Source: Amphiscolops sp. MND2022
Taxonomy: Eukaryota
Direction of reading: 5' to 3'
Assembly: GCA_964187785.1 (NCBI GenBank)
Contig: OZ076409.1
Span: forward strand, 34,908,001-34,972,000
DNA length: 64,000 nucleotides
The notes under the pieces are model-generated. The model did no database searches, was not told the origin of the DNA, and saw only the letters and a list, made by a program, of their open reading frames with translations. The position numbers were made by a program, and so were the translations under genes. Of this stretch, positions 12,801 to 24,338 are shown one piece after another (the stretch's first letter is position 1; each line of letters starts with the position of its first letter).

Positions 12801-13053
12801 TAGTTCTGAGTGGTGGCGGCCGTATTACTGCATTAGTACGTTGCGCGGTCGCTTCATTGTAGCTAAGAATAGTTATTTTGGTTGTCAACGGGACGGAATA
12901 CAATAGTATTGACATTAAACAATAGTGCGAGGTACTTGAAGTACTTGTTGTAATCTTTACTTTTATACGATATCACCTCCGGATATTCTGCCTTGCTGAT
13001 GAAATAAATTTTAATAAACACCATAACATGAGCGAAAAGTCAAAAATCCTACA
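9895..13053 (-). repeat. 5' LTR of element A (3159 bp)
   Basis: Termini TGTAAGATTTTT...AAAAATCCTACA (12-bp imperfect inverted repeat); both ends are confirmed by the solo copy at 24339-26253. Confidence 0.93.
10471..10647. repeat. 29-30 bp tandem array (6 units) within LTR A
   Basis: AACCGTGTATTATCAGCCCACTTAGGCTT(A) x6. Confidence 0.95.
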
Positions 13054-13093
13054 CGTGATAGTGCTATTGAAGATCTTCAATAGCACTATCACG
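13054..13093. repeat. Perfect 40-bp palindrome abutting LTR A
   Basis: CGTGATAGTGCTATTGAAGA|TCTTCAATAGCACTATCACG. Confidence 0.95.
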
Positions 13094-13324
13094 CAAGCAG
13101 AATCAAACTTCCCAAAACGAATATTTTCTCGCTATGGTGGTCACGCTTAACCAATACATGTACAATAGTGAATAAACTAATAAGCTATTTCCGTCAACTA
13201 TGTTTTACGTGTTGAATTTGCACTCGTGGACGGACTATTTGTTAACTTCATATTGTAGCGTCTGCACTTACAAAAATAGAGGTTTTGCCCGCTGAAACCT
13301 GTAAATCTTCGCTGGCTATTTGCC

Positions 13325-13512
13325 CCTAAATTCCTTAATGTTGCTCTGAAAACCGGCCAAATTGTAGAGAAGTCCTAATGAACACCTGAAAAATCAGTGA
13401 CGCAGCAGAATTTTGAGCATGACAACTTCACTAGGCAGCTATCAAAAACCTCTCTAATTTTGCCTTGCAACCTTTAAAAGTATATAAAAGTTTTGAGCAC
13501 TTTCAACTAAGG
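13325..13512. repeat. Dispersed repeat fragment, inverted copy at ~36750-36935
   Basis: ttccttaatgttgctctgaaaa...aaaatcagtgacgcagca...gagcactttcaacta is shared with the reverse complement of 36750-36935. Confidence 0.75.
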
Positions 13513-15869
13513 TATTCATTGTGAAAAGCTAAGAAGTGAAATGATGGAACACGTTTTTCTGATCACTGTCTTATTCTATACTCAAGAAAGGGCTGGAATT
13601 TCAACGAGTGTCTTGTTACTTTTATGATGTGCGATTCACTCTTTTATACAGATGTTTGTAAAGGGGAAAATGGGAAAAAGCTCTTTTGCACTTGAGAGTA
13701 ACACAGCATTCGGTGAATTGATTTGACGTGAGGAAATAATACGCATCCCTGCTACCATCTGCGTATCACCTGTAAGCGGGACGATGTTGCCCCAATTCAT
13801 ACAGATAACCATGTATGGAAATGAACAAAAAGCATGCCAAGTTTTGAAGCTAAGACGATAGAAAGGCAGTGGCCCAAATGGGCTGCGATTGATTGATGCA
13901 ATCAGCTGTCACAAGGACCTGGATTAAAATATGGAATAATTATGCAACACAATAAAAAATAGCCAAATTATTCCACATTACCACGTCACTGACAGTCACC
14001 TCTGGCAATCTATACTGTCCATATACACAGAGCTACCCAAGTGTGGACTTACAAGCATCTACATTAGCAAACATGTCTCTTTTTTATTTAAAAAAAGCTA
14101 ATGGCTTAGTAGCTACGTGGGAAAACACGGGGATAACACAAACTGGACAGTTTTTAGCGAATCAAAATACTGTTTAAATTCATGCGAACTTCATCATCTT
14201 TCATTTTAAATTCCGGGTGTAATTATTGCCTGTTTAACACTTACTGAAATTTGAAAATCGCTATCGATGAACATTCTACATAATTTGAATGTTATTTGTC
14301 ATCAAAAAAAATTCAAAAGATTGCTTACAAGTTTTATTTTGTCTTGGAATTTTCTACTAATATCTTATAAATAGCTATTAACAAGCGCAAATGATACAAA
14401 ATTTTTGAAGACACGAGGAATATGCAAAAAGTCAAAATCTTGCCCTGGTTGGAACTGCATGAAGTTTTTACAAGTTTATATGGGTTACCAAGCTAATTTT
14501 CCATGATTTTATAAAATTCCCAAAGAAACGTCCATGTATTAAAATTTCACTGATTCGATATAATTTCATCAAGCTGTCTATAAGAGGCAATCTTGAAGTT
14601 TTGCAGGTTTCATTAAGACGCAGTTCTAATTTTGAAAGCAGCTGAGACTTTCATATACAGTAATGTGATTAAGAAATCGTCCCCCTAAGCACTGAGCGTC
14701 GTTATCAACCAATAAGAATTGCTTATTTGCTCTCACTTTCAATTCTGATTGGCGCATCAAGTGAAATCTCATGCGCAGAAAGGACACTTCTGCTAATTTC
14801 CCCGTTTTGGGAATGTTTTTGAATTTTTTCAAGAAATTTTAAATTCATCAAAGTGTGCAGATTCTATAGAATTCAATGATAGATTTTTTGTTTCAAAAAC
14901 ATTCTAAATGAAAAAATAATCGCAGTTTTTGCCGCGAAACGTCCATTTCATATCTTAATACATGGAAATCGATGAAATTTTACCTTTCGAGCATGATATT
15001 TCGAAAACGGTTGATAATTTTTGAAATCGAAAAATATCCATAGATTCAGTAGATTTGTGCAAGTTATTTGAGCATAAAACTTGCCAAAAAACATGTGGAT
15101 AACCCGTTCAAAAATTGGAAAACCGGAAAAAAAGTCCCAAATTTGCTCAAAATTAACTATATGTAACTTTCTCAATTTTTGTCCCAGAAAAATTTAAAAA
15201 ACACTAAAATAAACTAGACAAACTTCTAAGAAACTTTTTATACTGATGTTTTTCAAAATTTTCAAAAGATTTCGAGAAAATTGAGTCTGAAATCGCCCCG
15301 GTGGACGTTTTCTTAATCACAGTACTGTATTTTACCGCAATTTTAATGCAAATAAACTTCAGTCACATTATTAGTTTCAACGTAGCGGCATATTCAGCGT
15401 GCTATTTGACTAACGGCGATGACATGAGATACTTACTTGAAAAATTTACGCGTGAAAACAAAGTGATCGCGGCGATGAACAAGTGGAAAGGATGTTTCCA
15501 AGCAGGCTCCCTGGATTTACCATGTGTTGTGAAAAATTAGCCTGCATGTATTCATGCAGCATGTAAAAAGTTCAAGCAACCTCGACAGGGGGGTTTGTCT
15601 CAAATGGTCAATGAAAAGAATTTCACGAGACATTTAGAAATTTCCATAGCAGCAGGGTCTTTTTAGCCGGGACTTTTGCATTAACAAAAAAATGTGAAGC
15701 AAAAAATACCGGACTCTTACTGTGATCCTTTTTTTCTTCAGACCACAGGCCTCACACTGAAAGGTCCATTTTTTTACAGAATTTACTGAAATTACTGAGG
15801 CCAATTCAGGCCAGCGGAAGCTGAGTGCAAACGGTCCCCCTTTCTTTTGTTACCTTTTTAATGTGATCT

Positions 15870-16582
15870 ACAAAACCGGACGGGACTAAAGGGTCCCCTT
15901 TTTAAAATTTTTCGGTACTATGAGACATTTTTTGGAAATTTTAAATGTCTCCAAAGGGTCCCCTTTCGATTTTATTGAAGTCCTCACTCTTAATATCCGA
16001 AGTGAAGCGCTATCTCCGAATTTTGACGTTATACCCGATTATTTTGAATGCATCCAAAGCCTCTTACTAACACAAAATCATTCCAAAGCAAAAGAAACCC
16101 GCCATCCCTTTGGCACTATGAGACTTCCCTTTTCCCGCTTTGTGAGACTTTTCCGAAATTTTTCAATGTATTCAAAGGGCCCACTTCACTTTTTTCGTTT
16201 TTTTTTGAACGGAATGGACTTTAAAAAATCCTTTCACATTTTATTGGCACTATGAGGCTACCCAAAATTCTCATTTTCTGTCTGATATCAGGTTTTCTCA
16301 AAGTATATCCATCAATAATTTGTTTCAATACTATGCGAATGTTTGACGTAACATTCGAAGTTAAGTGCTGTATCGAAGTTTTGAGTTTAAGAAGGAGGTA
16401 GAGGTTCAAAAACAAGCGCTCCCATTTGTCTCAGCACGTTATCTCCGAACTTCTGAAGCGTTCCTTTGAGTGAAACTTTTTTGTGCGTTTTTCATTGAAA
16501 AAACGTTCTGAGCATATTTTAAAAGTTTTGTGCTTTTTGAGCCGTAGGTATAGCGCCTCATTAAGGCGTTCCCGTCTTGTTT
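15870..16582 (+). mobile_element. Possible non-autonomous Helitron/Helentron-like repeat
   Basis: Repeated AAGGGTCCCC motifs; ends in a GC hairpin followed by TTCCCGTCTTGTT; a similar end is seen at ~35765-35794. Confidence 0.3.
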
Positions 16583-18341
16583 TTATCTCAATCTTTCTTC
16601 TTTAGGAATTTTTGATGTTGCAGCCAAAAATGTCATTGTCGAGACCATATACCCACCATCCACTAGCCTTCAGCTCTGTAGTTGCATTTGTTCTGATTAA
16701 ATTTGCTTGTTGCATTTGCTCTGTGTTGCTTCGAAAATATGTCCTATTGGCTGATTTTTTTTTGGTAAAATCTTAGTTTCAGTTTGCAAAAAATTACCAC
16801 AGAGCCTGATTCCAGACCTTGATCATTGACAGTATCATTGCATTTCAGTTTCTTTCAAAAAGCGCCATGTTAACAAACAATCAGATCTTCTCGAAGTTAA
16901 TCTCTGAAAAAAGTGGAAGTTTTTGATTCCACCAATGAATTGCTGCAAGAAAATGTCATTTTCCCTGTTTTTATCTATACTGCATATAGCATCTGCGTAC
17001 ATCGATATTGCATATAACATTAAAAATAAGCTTTTTCTCATTTGCTACAACAGTTGGCTATCAATTGAGGAGTGCAAGTAAAACTGAAGCTATCCTTTGT
17101 GGTCCAACTGTTTCGCCGACTGAACATCACTCTAAATTTAGTCCCCTCGTCGCCATTTTCGAGGTACTGTGGAAATCTAGGCCCTATTTCGAATACGTTT
17201 TTGCATAAAGGCGTGACCAATTAAATTTAGGCCACCTAAAATGGTGCTTTGAAAGAGAGGGTAATTTTGGCTGGGCGCGTGGCGCATGTTGCAATTTTAT
17301 GGGTGACAACAGGGTCCTGGCTTTGTAGTTTGCCAATAATGATGAGACAACCGGAGATGGTAACACATGCCCCTTACCAAGTACCCAGATGAAAGCCGGA
17401 AATGAGATGTGTGCTCAGACTTGATTGGCTCATTAAATTCATTCTGAACAGCACCAGTTGCGCCAGCCAGATAAAATAATTACGTAATCAGGGAAATCCG
17501 TTCTCATTGCCATAACCTGTGCGTCTACAACCGCTGCCACACCTGATCTCCCCTAATTTGCCAATTTCACCCACGTCACTTGATCTCATATGGGGACAAA
17601 ATATCAAATGAGTTCAATCGTGAAAACATACAAAAATCCGCATTTTGGTGAGGTTAATAACGGTTAACGTGATATTACAAGGAAAACATGGTAATAAAGT
17701 ATGGATAAAAAATTTTTTTCCAATGGTTCTTCGTTAGTAATTTCTCAATTAGTTCTTTTGTGAAAGAGATTTTGATTCAAGGTTGTTTAAGACGAAGCTT
17801 TTTCTCATAGTGCATAACCAATATGAGTTCATAGATATTATAATATCTATAGGCTTGCGAAGTGATCTAAATGGTTACGATTGGACTATTACGCTGTGCA
17901 GACCTCATTTCATGTTACAAATCCTCTGAAAAATTTTCAAGTGTTTTTTTAATACCTTGCTTTCCACAAAAATTATAACTGTTACAATTGAAGCTGGCTC
18001 AGTTTGTTGTCACTGCTTAGATGAACTAGGGAAGATCTATCCAAAAAGTAGACAAAACAATAGCGTTCAGTGTGTTTAAGATATGTTTAAGTTTTGAAAG
18101 GTGCTTCTAAATCGAAGATTTCTGCCATGAAATTAGAGTGTCAAGTGCTACTTCACCTGATGTTCATTGCTGGAAAAGTTTTTGGAGGATTTTTTTGCAC
18201 AATTCAGAGCAGATATTACTCAGACATACAGGAGATACAAGTTTGGAAACTAACTACCACTTTAAAGATTATGTGACGTCAGTTTGTTAATGACTCTTCA
18301 GAAAAAAGTTAGCAGAGTATTTTTTTGTGTCGTTTCTTCAG

Positions 18342-18545
18342 TTTGTGGCGAGTGCGAACGTGCAGCTAGTGTTGTCTCCCATCTGGTATGGCAAGAGTGC
18401 TCCCCTGATCAACAAGTGGCGCAAACTCAACCTGCTCACACGGGCATTTTTCCTGCCCGTCATTTTTCTGTTCGCCCTCATTGAACTGCCTCTCTTCACT
18501 CTCTTCTACATTACCATTCCCGACGCATCCTTCCACAACTTCAAG
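18342..18545 (+). CDS. TRPC: TRPC-family channel, exon (pre-S1); upstream ankyrin exons not found in window
   Basis: FVASANVQLVLSPIWYG matches TRPC FVAHPNCQQ.L..IWY; CAG acceptor, GTTAGC donor, phase 0. Confidence 0.85.
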
Positions 18546-19056
18546 GTTAGCTAACACAAACAGAAAAACAATGTACTCATCTCGTAATCATCTAAAGTGT
18601 AAAAGTACTCGAAAAAGAAACTCTTTCAAATTTTTTTTGAAGAAGTCTCGGAGTCCCGAAATTTCTACGTGGGAACATTTTGCCTTTTCTAGTTTTGTAA
18701 GCACCCTAATATACAAGAGCAACCAGGTGATGAGTGCCTCGGATGCTTTGCGAAAGAATGAACTTGGTTGTAAATATGAGCAAATCTATAGATAAAATTG
18801 TGGTCTCCATAAGACTTGGGTCTTTTCTCTCATAAAAATACTAGACAATGTCAGTATCATGTTGTCATGGAGAAAAAATCAAGTTTTTGTTGCGTCAAGG
18901 CTTACTTGAGGTTTTCATTGTAGTTTAAGTTCCACAGAAGCACACCTGCAGCACTTACCATCATGACGTCAGTCAAATGTCAAAGTCATGCTTCGTATTT
19001 GCTTCCTGTTTTATTCTTTTCGCTTACCTGAAAACTAAAAAGAGTCGACAATTTTG

Positions 19057-19329
19057 GATTCATTATTTGTTTTGTTGTTTTACTACTAGTAAAACAACAA
19101 AACAAATAATGAATCTAGACACACCTGTCTCAAAACACAATCTGGGCACCACCCAAAAACATTCAGTTTATATCTTAACTGAGTTTGAAAATGTTCTTAC
19201 CAGGAGGTTATTTTTTATTAGTAATAAAAAAATAACCTCCTGGTAAGAACATTTTCAAACTCAGTTAAGATAAAACTGAATCTTTTTGGGTGGTGCCCAG
19301 ATTGTGTTTTGAGACAGGTGTGTCTAGAT
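19057..19329. repeat. Two adjacent fold-back palindromes (19057-19115 and 19113-19329) in a TRPC intron
   Basis: ~29-bp and ~107-bp arms, almost no loop. Confidence 0.95.
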
Positions 19330-19367
19330 ACTAGTAAGATCTTGATCATAAGTGGTGAATGTTGCAG

Positions 19368-19566
19368 GTGAAAGACCTGGTGCAGATTCCTCTGGTGAAG
19401 TTTGTGAACCACATGGCGAGTCAGTTCACATTCCTGGTGTTGCTCATCAACGCGGCCGCCACCAGCGAGGAGCGTGCGTTCAACAGACAGGAGGTCGGCA
19501 GCAACCAGGAGCTGTCTCTCGTTCTGCCTTCTCTCACAGAGTGGCTCATCTGCATGTGGGTCATAG
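19368..19566 (+). CDS. TRPC: TRPC channel exon (S1-S2)
   Basis: PLVKFVNHMASQFTFLVLL...EWLICMWVIG; splice phases consistent with neighbours. Confidence 0.9.
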
Positions 19567-19856
19567 GTTAGTTGGACCTAACACTAAAAAAGTCGCTGAC
19601 ACAAAAGCCACTCAACTATATGAAACGAGAACTCACCGTAAGTTTCAACAATTTGTTGTCGGAAATCTTTTCGGAAAGGTTCTAAGTAAACAAAAACTTC
19701 GAGCTGGTCCCATTGCAAAGAAGCAATGAATGACGCCATGTTGACCAATCTGTCAAAATCCAGACACGCACAAGAGACGCATGAGCAAACGAAGACATTA
19801 TAAAATTGTTAAAATGAGGAAAAACCAAACCATATAGTGTTCTTCTATGTGTTTAG

Positions 19857-19993
19857 GGATGGTGTGGAATGAGTTAAAGCAGGTACAGGAGGGAGTGGGT
19901 GCCTACTTCGACGACCCTTGGAACCGGATTGATGCCACCATGATCATCCTCTACTTCTCCACAGTGGCCTTCAGATTTTCATCTCACGTAGCT
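19857..19993 (+). CDS. TRPC: TRPC channel exon (S2-S3)
   Basis: GMVWNELKQV..G..AYFDDPWNRID. Confidence 0.9.
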
Positions 19994-20239
19994 GTTAGTA
20001 GTAGTTGTTCACACCTCTTTACATTTACAGCTAACACTCTACTGTGTGAATCATTTCAAATTTTATCTCTCATTTTCAAACCTCTTCCAATTACAAGTTG
20101 AGTAGAATCATCTGTCAATGTGCAGCTCAAGAGCAAGAGCACATGTTTATAATAGAGTTCTCTTGAAAATTTGAAACGAAAACGGCGATCATGTTAACTT
20201 TTGAAGCGTGATTCTGATTTAAGATTTGATTTTTTCCAG

Positions 20240-20582
20240 AGTGGTATTCAGTCTGTGGTGGAAATCCAGGTGTTCAACGGGACCAACTCATCACTCGATG
20301 ACTCATCCACAATGGGAGGTGTCTCCTCCTTATCAGCGGGGGGTCTAAGCGGACTTGATGGCTCCTCTGCCCAGATCACGGTGAACGAGTACCAGCCTGT
20401 GCCGCAGCTGCAACAACCACACCTGAACTTTACCTCAGAATTCAGCAGGTCTCCCCGCAAGATCCCAGGCACTGACTTTCAGTACTGTGACCTCGTCTTC
20501 CTCTCAGAAGGCGTGTTCGCTGTCGCCAACATATTCAGCTTCATGCGTCTCGTCACCTTGGCCACGCTTTCACAGCAAATTG
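20240..20582 (+). CDS. TRPC: TRPC channel exon (long S3-S4 loop, S4)
   Basis: LSEGVFAVANIFSFMRLV...QQIG; phase 0 in, phase 1 out. Confidence 0.9.
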
Positions 20583-20984
20583 GTTAGACTGCGCCGTTGT
20601 CGCCTTACAGACGGCACACTCTTAAATGCCACCACCATGTAATGTAATGTTTGTTTATAAACGTAGAATTGTGATATATATGAACTTAAAACCCAGATTG
20701 TAGGAATCTTTCGGGCGAACGGAGAACTTTTTTAGGTACAGCGCAGGACCTCGAGGAATGAAAATCCTAATTTGGGCTTAGATGCAGAGACAAGCCCTCG
20801 ATTGTCACAGATATTCCACTGATGATCTTCCGATGGTTCCTCTAGAGAAACAATTCTAGTTTCTCTCAAATATTGGCAATTGTCATAAGTGAAAGATTTC
20901 TTTTCGAAGCCAGGAAGATTGAAGAAAGGAATTAGCAAACAAATATCATCGTTTTAGCGGTGGTCACTGTAAAAACTGTTAAGA

Positions 20985-21380
20985 CGGTTACCAGACAAAG
21001 CGCCCCAGACAAAAGCGCCCGAAGTATACAGTCAATTTAACCACCCATTTTAAGTTACGCACTCCAATTAAACAATTATGAGTTTTTCATTTTAAAACAT
21101 TGTATTGACTAATTGCTTCTTAAAGAAATTAATATTTTGCTGGCAGAAATGCAAAATTGACAATTTAAGTCGTTTCCAATTGGAATAGGTTAGGTGTGAA
21201 AATTTCAAGTATGGCATTACCAGTGAATTATTATTTTGTTTTATTACTGTCAATTAGATTAGTACCGTTTAATTAGAGGCGATGGAATTAGCTCAAAAAT
21301 TAGCGAAGCGCTTTGTATTGGGGCGCTTATGACTGTGTCAAATGGGCCCTTTTGACTGGGGCGCTTTTGTCTGAACACGG
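20985..21380. mobile_element. MITE-like element
   Basis: Left CAGACAAAGCGCCCCAGACAAAAGCGCCC and right GGGCCCTTTTGACTGGGGCGCTTTTGTCTG form inverted subterminal repeats. Confidence 0.55.
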
Positions 21381-21776
21381 CTAAGACGAACATCGTGACC
21401 TCCGATGGGGTACCCTTGTTGTGGGGTACCATTATCTTCACGACTTTCACCTTCAGCTGTTCTGGTAATGTTGAACTGGAATTAGGATTGAGTACAGTCA
21501 AAAGAACAGTAGGACTAAATTAGAAATTATTAATGCCTTTCAAAATAATTAATATCATTCATTGATGATTTCATTGAAAGTTAATAAACAGATCACCATG
21601 TTCATTGAATGACTTGCTTTTGTATCAGCTATTCTTGGTGATTCAATTAGTAACACTCAAAAATACCATTTGCGATTTCCAAAGTAAACATTGAAGTTAT
21701 GGAAAATAGGTCTGTTGTTGCCCCACAGAGTGGAAACATAATATAAAGTGTCGACATTGTTTCACATGGTGTTTAG

Positions 21777-21963
21777 GTCCAATGCAGATTTCGCTGTTCC
21801 GCATGGTGAAAGATGTGGTCAAGTTCATGTTCATTTTCTGCCTCGTTCTCCTATCTTTTGCATGTGGCCTTCATCAGCTCAACTGGTTCTTCAAAACCGA
21901 GTGCCTTGATCCGCAGACCACCGGCGAGTGCAACGACGACTCCGACAAAAAGGCATTCAACAC
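21777..21963 (+). CDS. TRPC: TRPC channel exon (S4-S5 linker, S5)
   Basis: GPMQISLFRMVKDVVKFMFIFCLVLLSFACGLHQL. Confidence 0.95.
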
Positions 21964-24338
21964 GTTAGTGCACCTATTTTCATGGCTTGCATTAGTTGAA
22001 ACTTCAGGCGATTACACCAACTTTCAATCAGTCGTTGTCTGTACAGAGGAACACTCCTAGTATGGTTATTCTTGGAATTCTTGAGAAGAATCTTCCATTC
22101 TTGCGAGAACCTTGATAAACATTTCAGATTCTTATCAGGAGCGCCAAGAATTTGTAAGTCTATGCAACATCTTGCCAACTTTCAAGAGAAAAGCAAAAAA
22201 ATAATACATAAACAAAAAAACATAAACCATTGTCACAAGCGGTTTGGTCAGCGTACCTATTATGACGAAACCGTTTACGCTACCAACGAAGCTACCGCAT
22301 GCTGATTTTTTCAATACTTGTGGCGTCCTATAACCAACACATCAACAATTGATAATGTAGCTGGTTATGCGAAGGTAGGAAAGTGATTTTTAAAAATTAT
22401 AATATTGAAGATGATTTTTTTGGACGACAAATATATATATTATTTATAGAATGAAAGTTCAACATCCAATACGGACGCAAAATGAGCACAGCCGCTCTTA
22501 TAGTTTGCGCCCTACCAACTAAAATACAATTGGAAGCACCTTACTTGGGAAGTGAAAACTACCTTGCACAGTTACAGAATAGACCTAATAGTAGAACATC
22601 GAAAAAAGTTTTCTATTATTAACAATATATATGGAGCTAATTTCTGAAATGAGTTTCTTGACTTGGAACTGTGATAATATTTTGGAACTGTAATATTTGT
22701 TTTGCAAGCTATTCAATTTCTTGATACAATGATAAGGCTCTCACAAGATTTCTCACAACTTTAAGGGATTTGAGTGACGCAAGAATAAAAAAGTTACGAT
22801 GGCTTTCGAAAATGAGTATCCAAGAAAAACCATGATCCTGTCAAGAATTTGCAATGGGCTACGAGTAAAACTTTTCATGAAGGAGTCTTGAAAAACAAGA
22901 CAGACTATTACAGTGACTAGTTTTCGGTTGTTTATATTTGCAAGAAACAGGGGACTATTTCAAGGGATTTTTGGGATCAGCCGACATTTTGAAACACCTC
23001 CGATTTTTTAATGATTCCTGTCTTTTATGAGGACAAAGGGACCGCTTTAGATTTTTGTGTTCAAAAAGATTTTTAATGAAACCATTTCTGAATAAACACA
23101 GAAGACTTCAAGACTTTGAGATTGAAGGTTTGAATGCCCAGTCTTTTATACGTCAAGAAGAAGACGAACCCGGGCTCGAATCTTGTTGAGAACAAGTGTT
23201 CTGTAGTTGAATAATCCAAATTGCGTTCTCGGATATTAGAGAAAATGATACAATCATGAAATAACATTGACAGTAGCGCTGTTTTATTGTTTGCTAATCT
23301 TGCTTAAAAATGGGGTGTGAATCTAATTAACGTCGAGTTTTTTTCGAAACAAATTATACTAACATCAGTTTCTAAAATGACACATATAACCTGAAAATGT
23401 TTTGGAAATGACGTACGGAAAGTGAATATTAAAACTCTCAACGATTTTTAGGGCATTTGATGCGTAACCTTATAAAATGGTTTAGTTTTTCAGAATTGTT
23501 TCTGTGATACTAAAAGAAGCCTCGTTTGATTCAGCCTCGAGAGTTTTTTCTTGGTCTCAACATTTTTCTTGGTCTGCAACGATGCCATTGGATATCTTCG
23601 GAAAACTTCGAAAAACTATGTGTCAAAGTTCTCCATCTTTCGATTTAATCGACATTGTGCGACTGTTTTGAAGTTTCATAAACAACAGGTACTTGGCAAT
23701 TTGGAAGTTGCCATTTTTTAGCATTAGGTTTGTTGATTTATTATGGAGCGAGATTTCTAGTTACTCTCATGTCTTTCCCTTTCATGGAATGTTTGCTGAA
23801 TTTATTGGTTACTATTCAAGTGATACGCAGATGCGATTTTTGGTCAACACTTCCGGCTTCCAACATCTCTAACTTTTTTGTCAATACTTTTTTGTGATTT
23901 TGGAATAAGTTGAATATTCGAGACAAATGCTCAGGGAAATTCGCAAGATGTTTCTCCAGTTTCCAAAAAAACTGCAGAGACCCATGGTGACCCCCACACT
24001 CAGAAATGGTTAATCATACTATGTCATAGTATGATCATGGTGGAAAATGATCATCATAATGTGGTCATAGTATGGTCATATTATGACTAGCATGGGAACG
24101 ATTATGGTCATAGTATGAGTGGCCATGTTCGAAAATTTTCAAAAATTTGAAGTCCCCTTAGAGGAAAAATTTGAAACACATCAAAAGGTGACTCCTTGGC
24201 TTGTTCTTTGGTTTTGGAAAATCAAGGGTTACGTTAATGGGCCGGGTTGTATTAAGGACGCTTTTCGGCACCGCGTTTCCTGAAGCTGCTGGGATATGTA
24301 GGAAGTTTTGGGTTATTAGGAACGAACTTCAGGATTTC

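Larger units (their letters stand above)
1..13053 (-). mobile_element. Gypsy/Metaviridae LTR retrotransposon A (degraded; 3' LTR runs off the left edge)
   Basis: Direct repeat 1-2061 = 10997-13053; PBS and PPT next to the LTRs; gag-PR-RT-RH-IN order on the minus strand with several stops/frameshifts. Confidence 0.95.
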
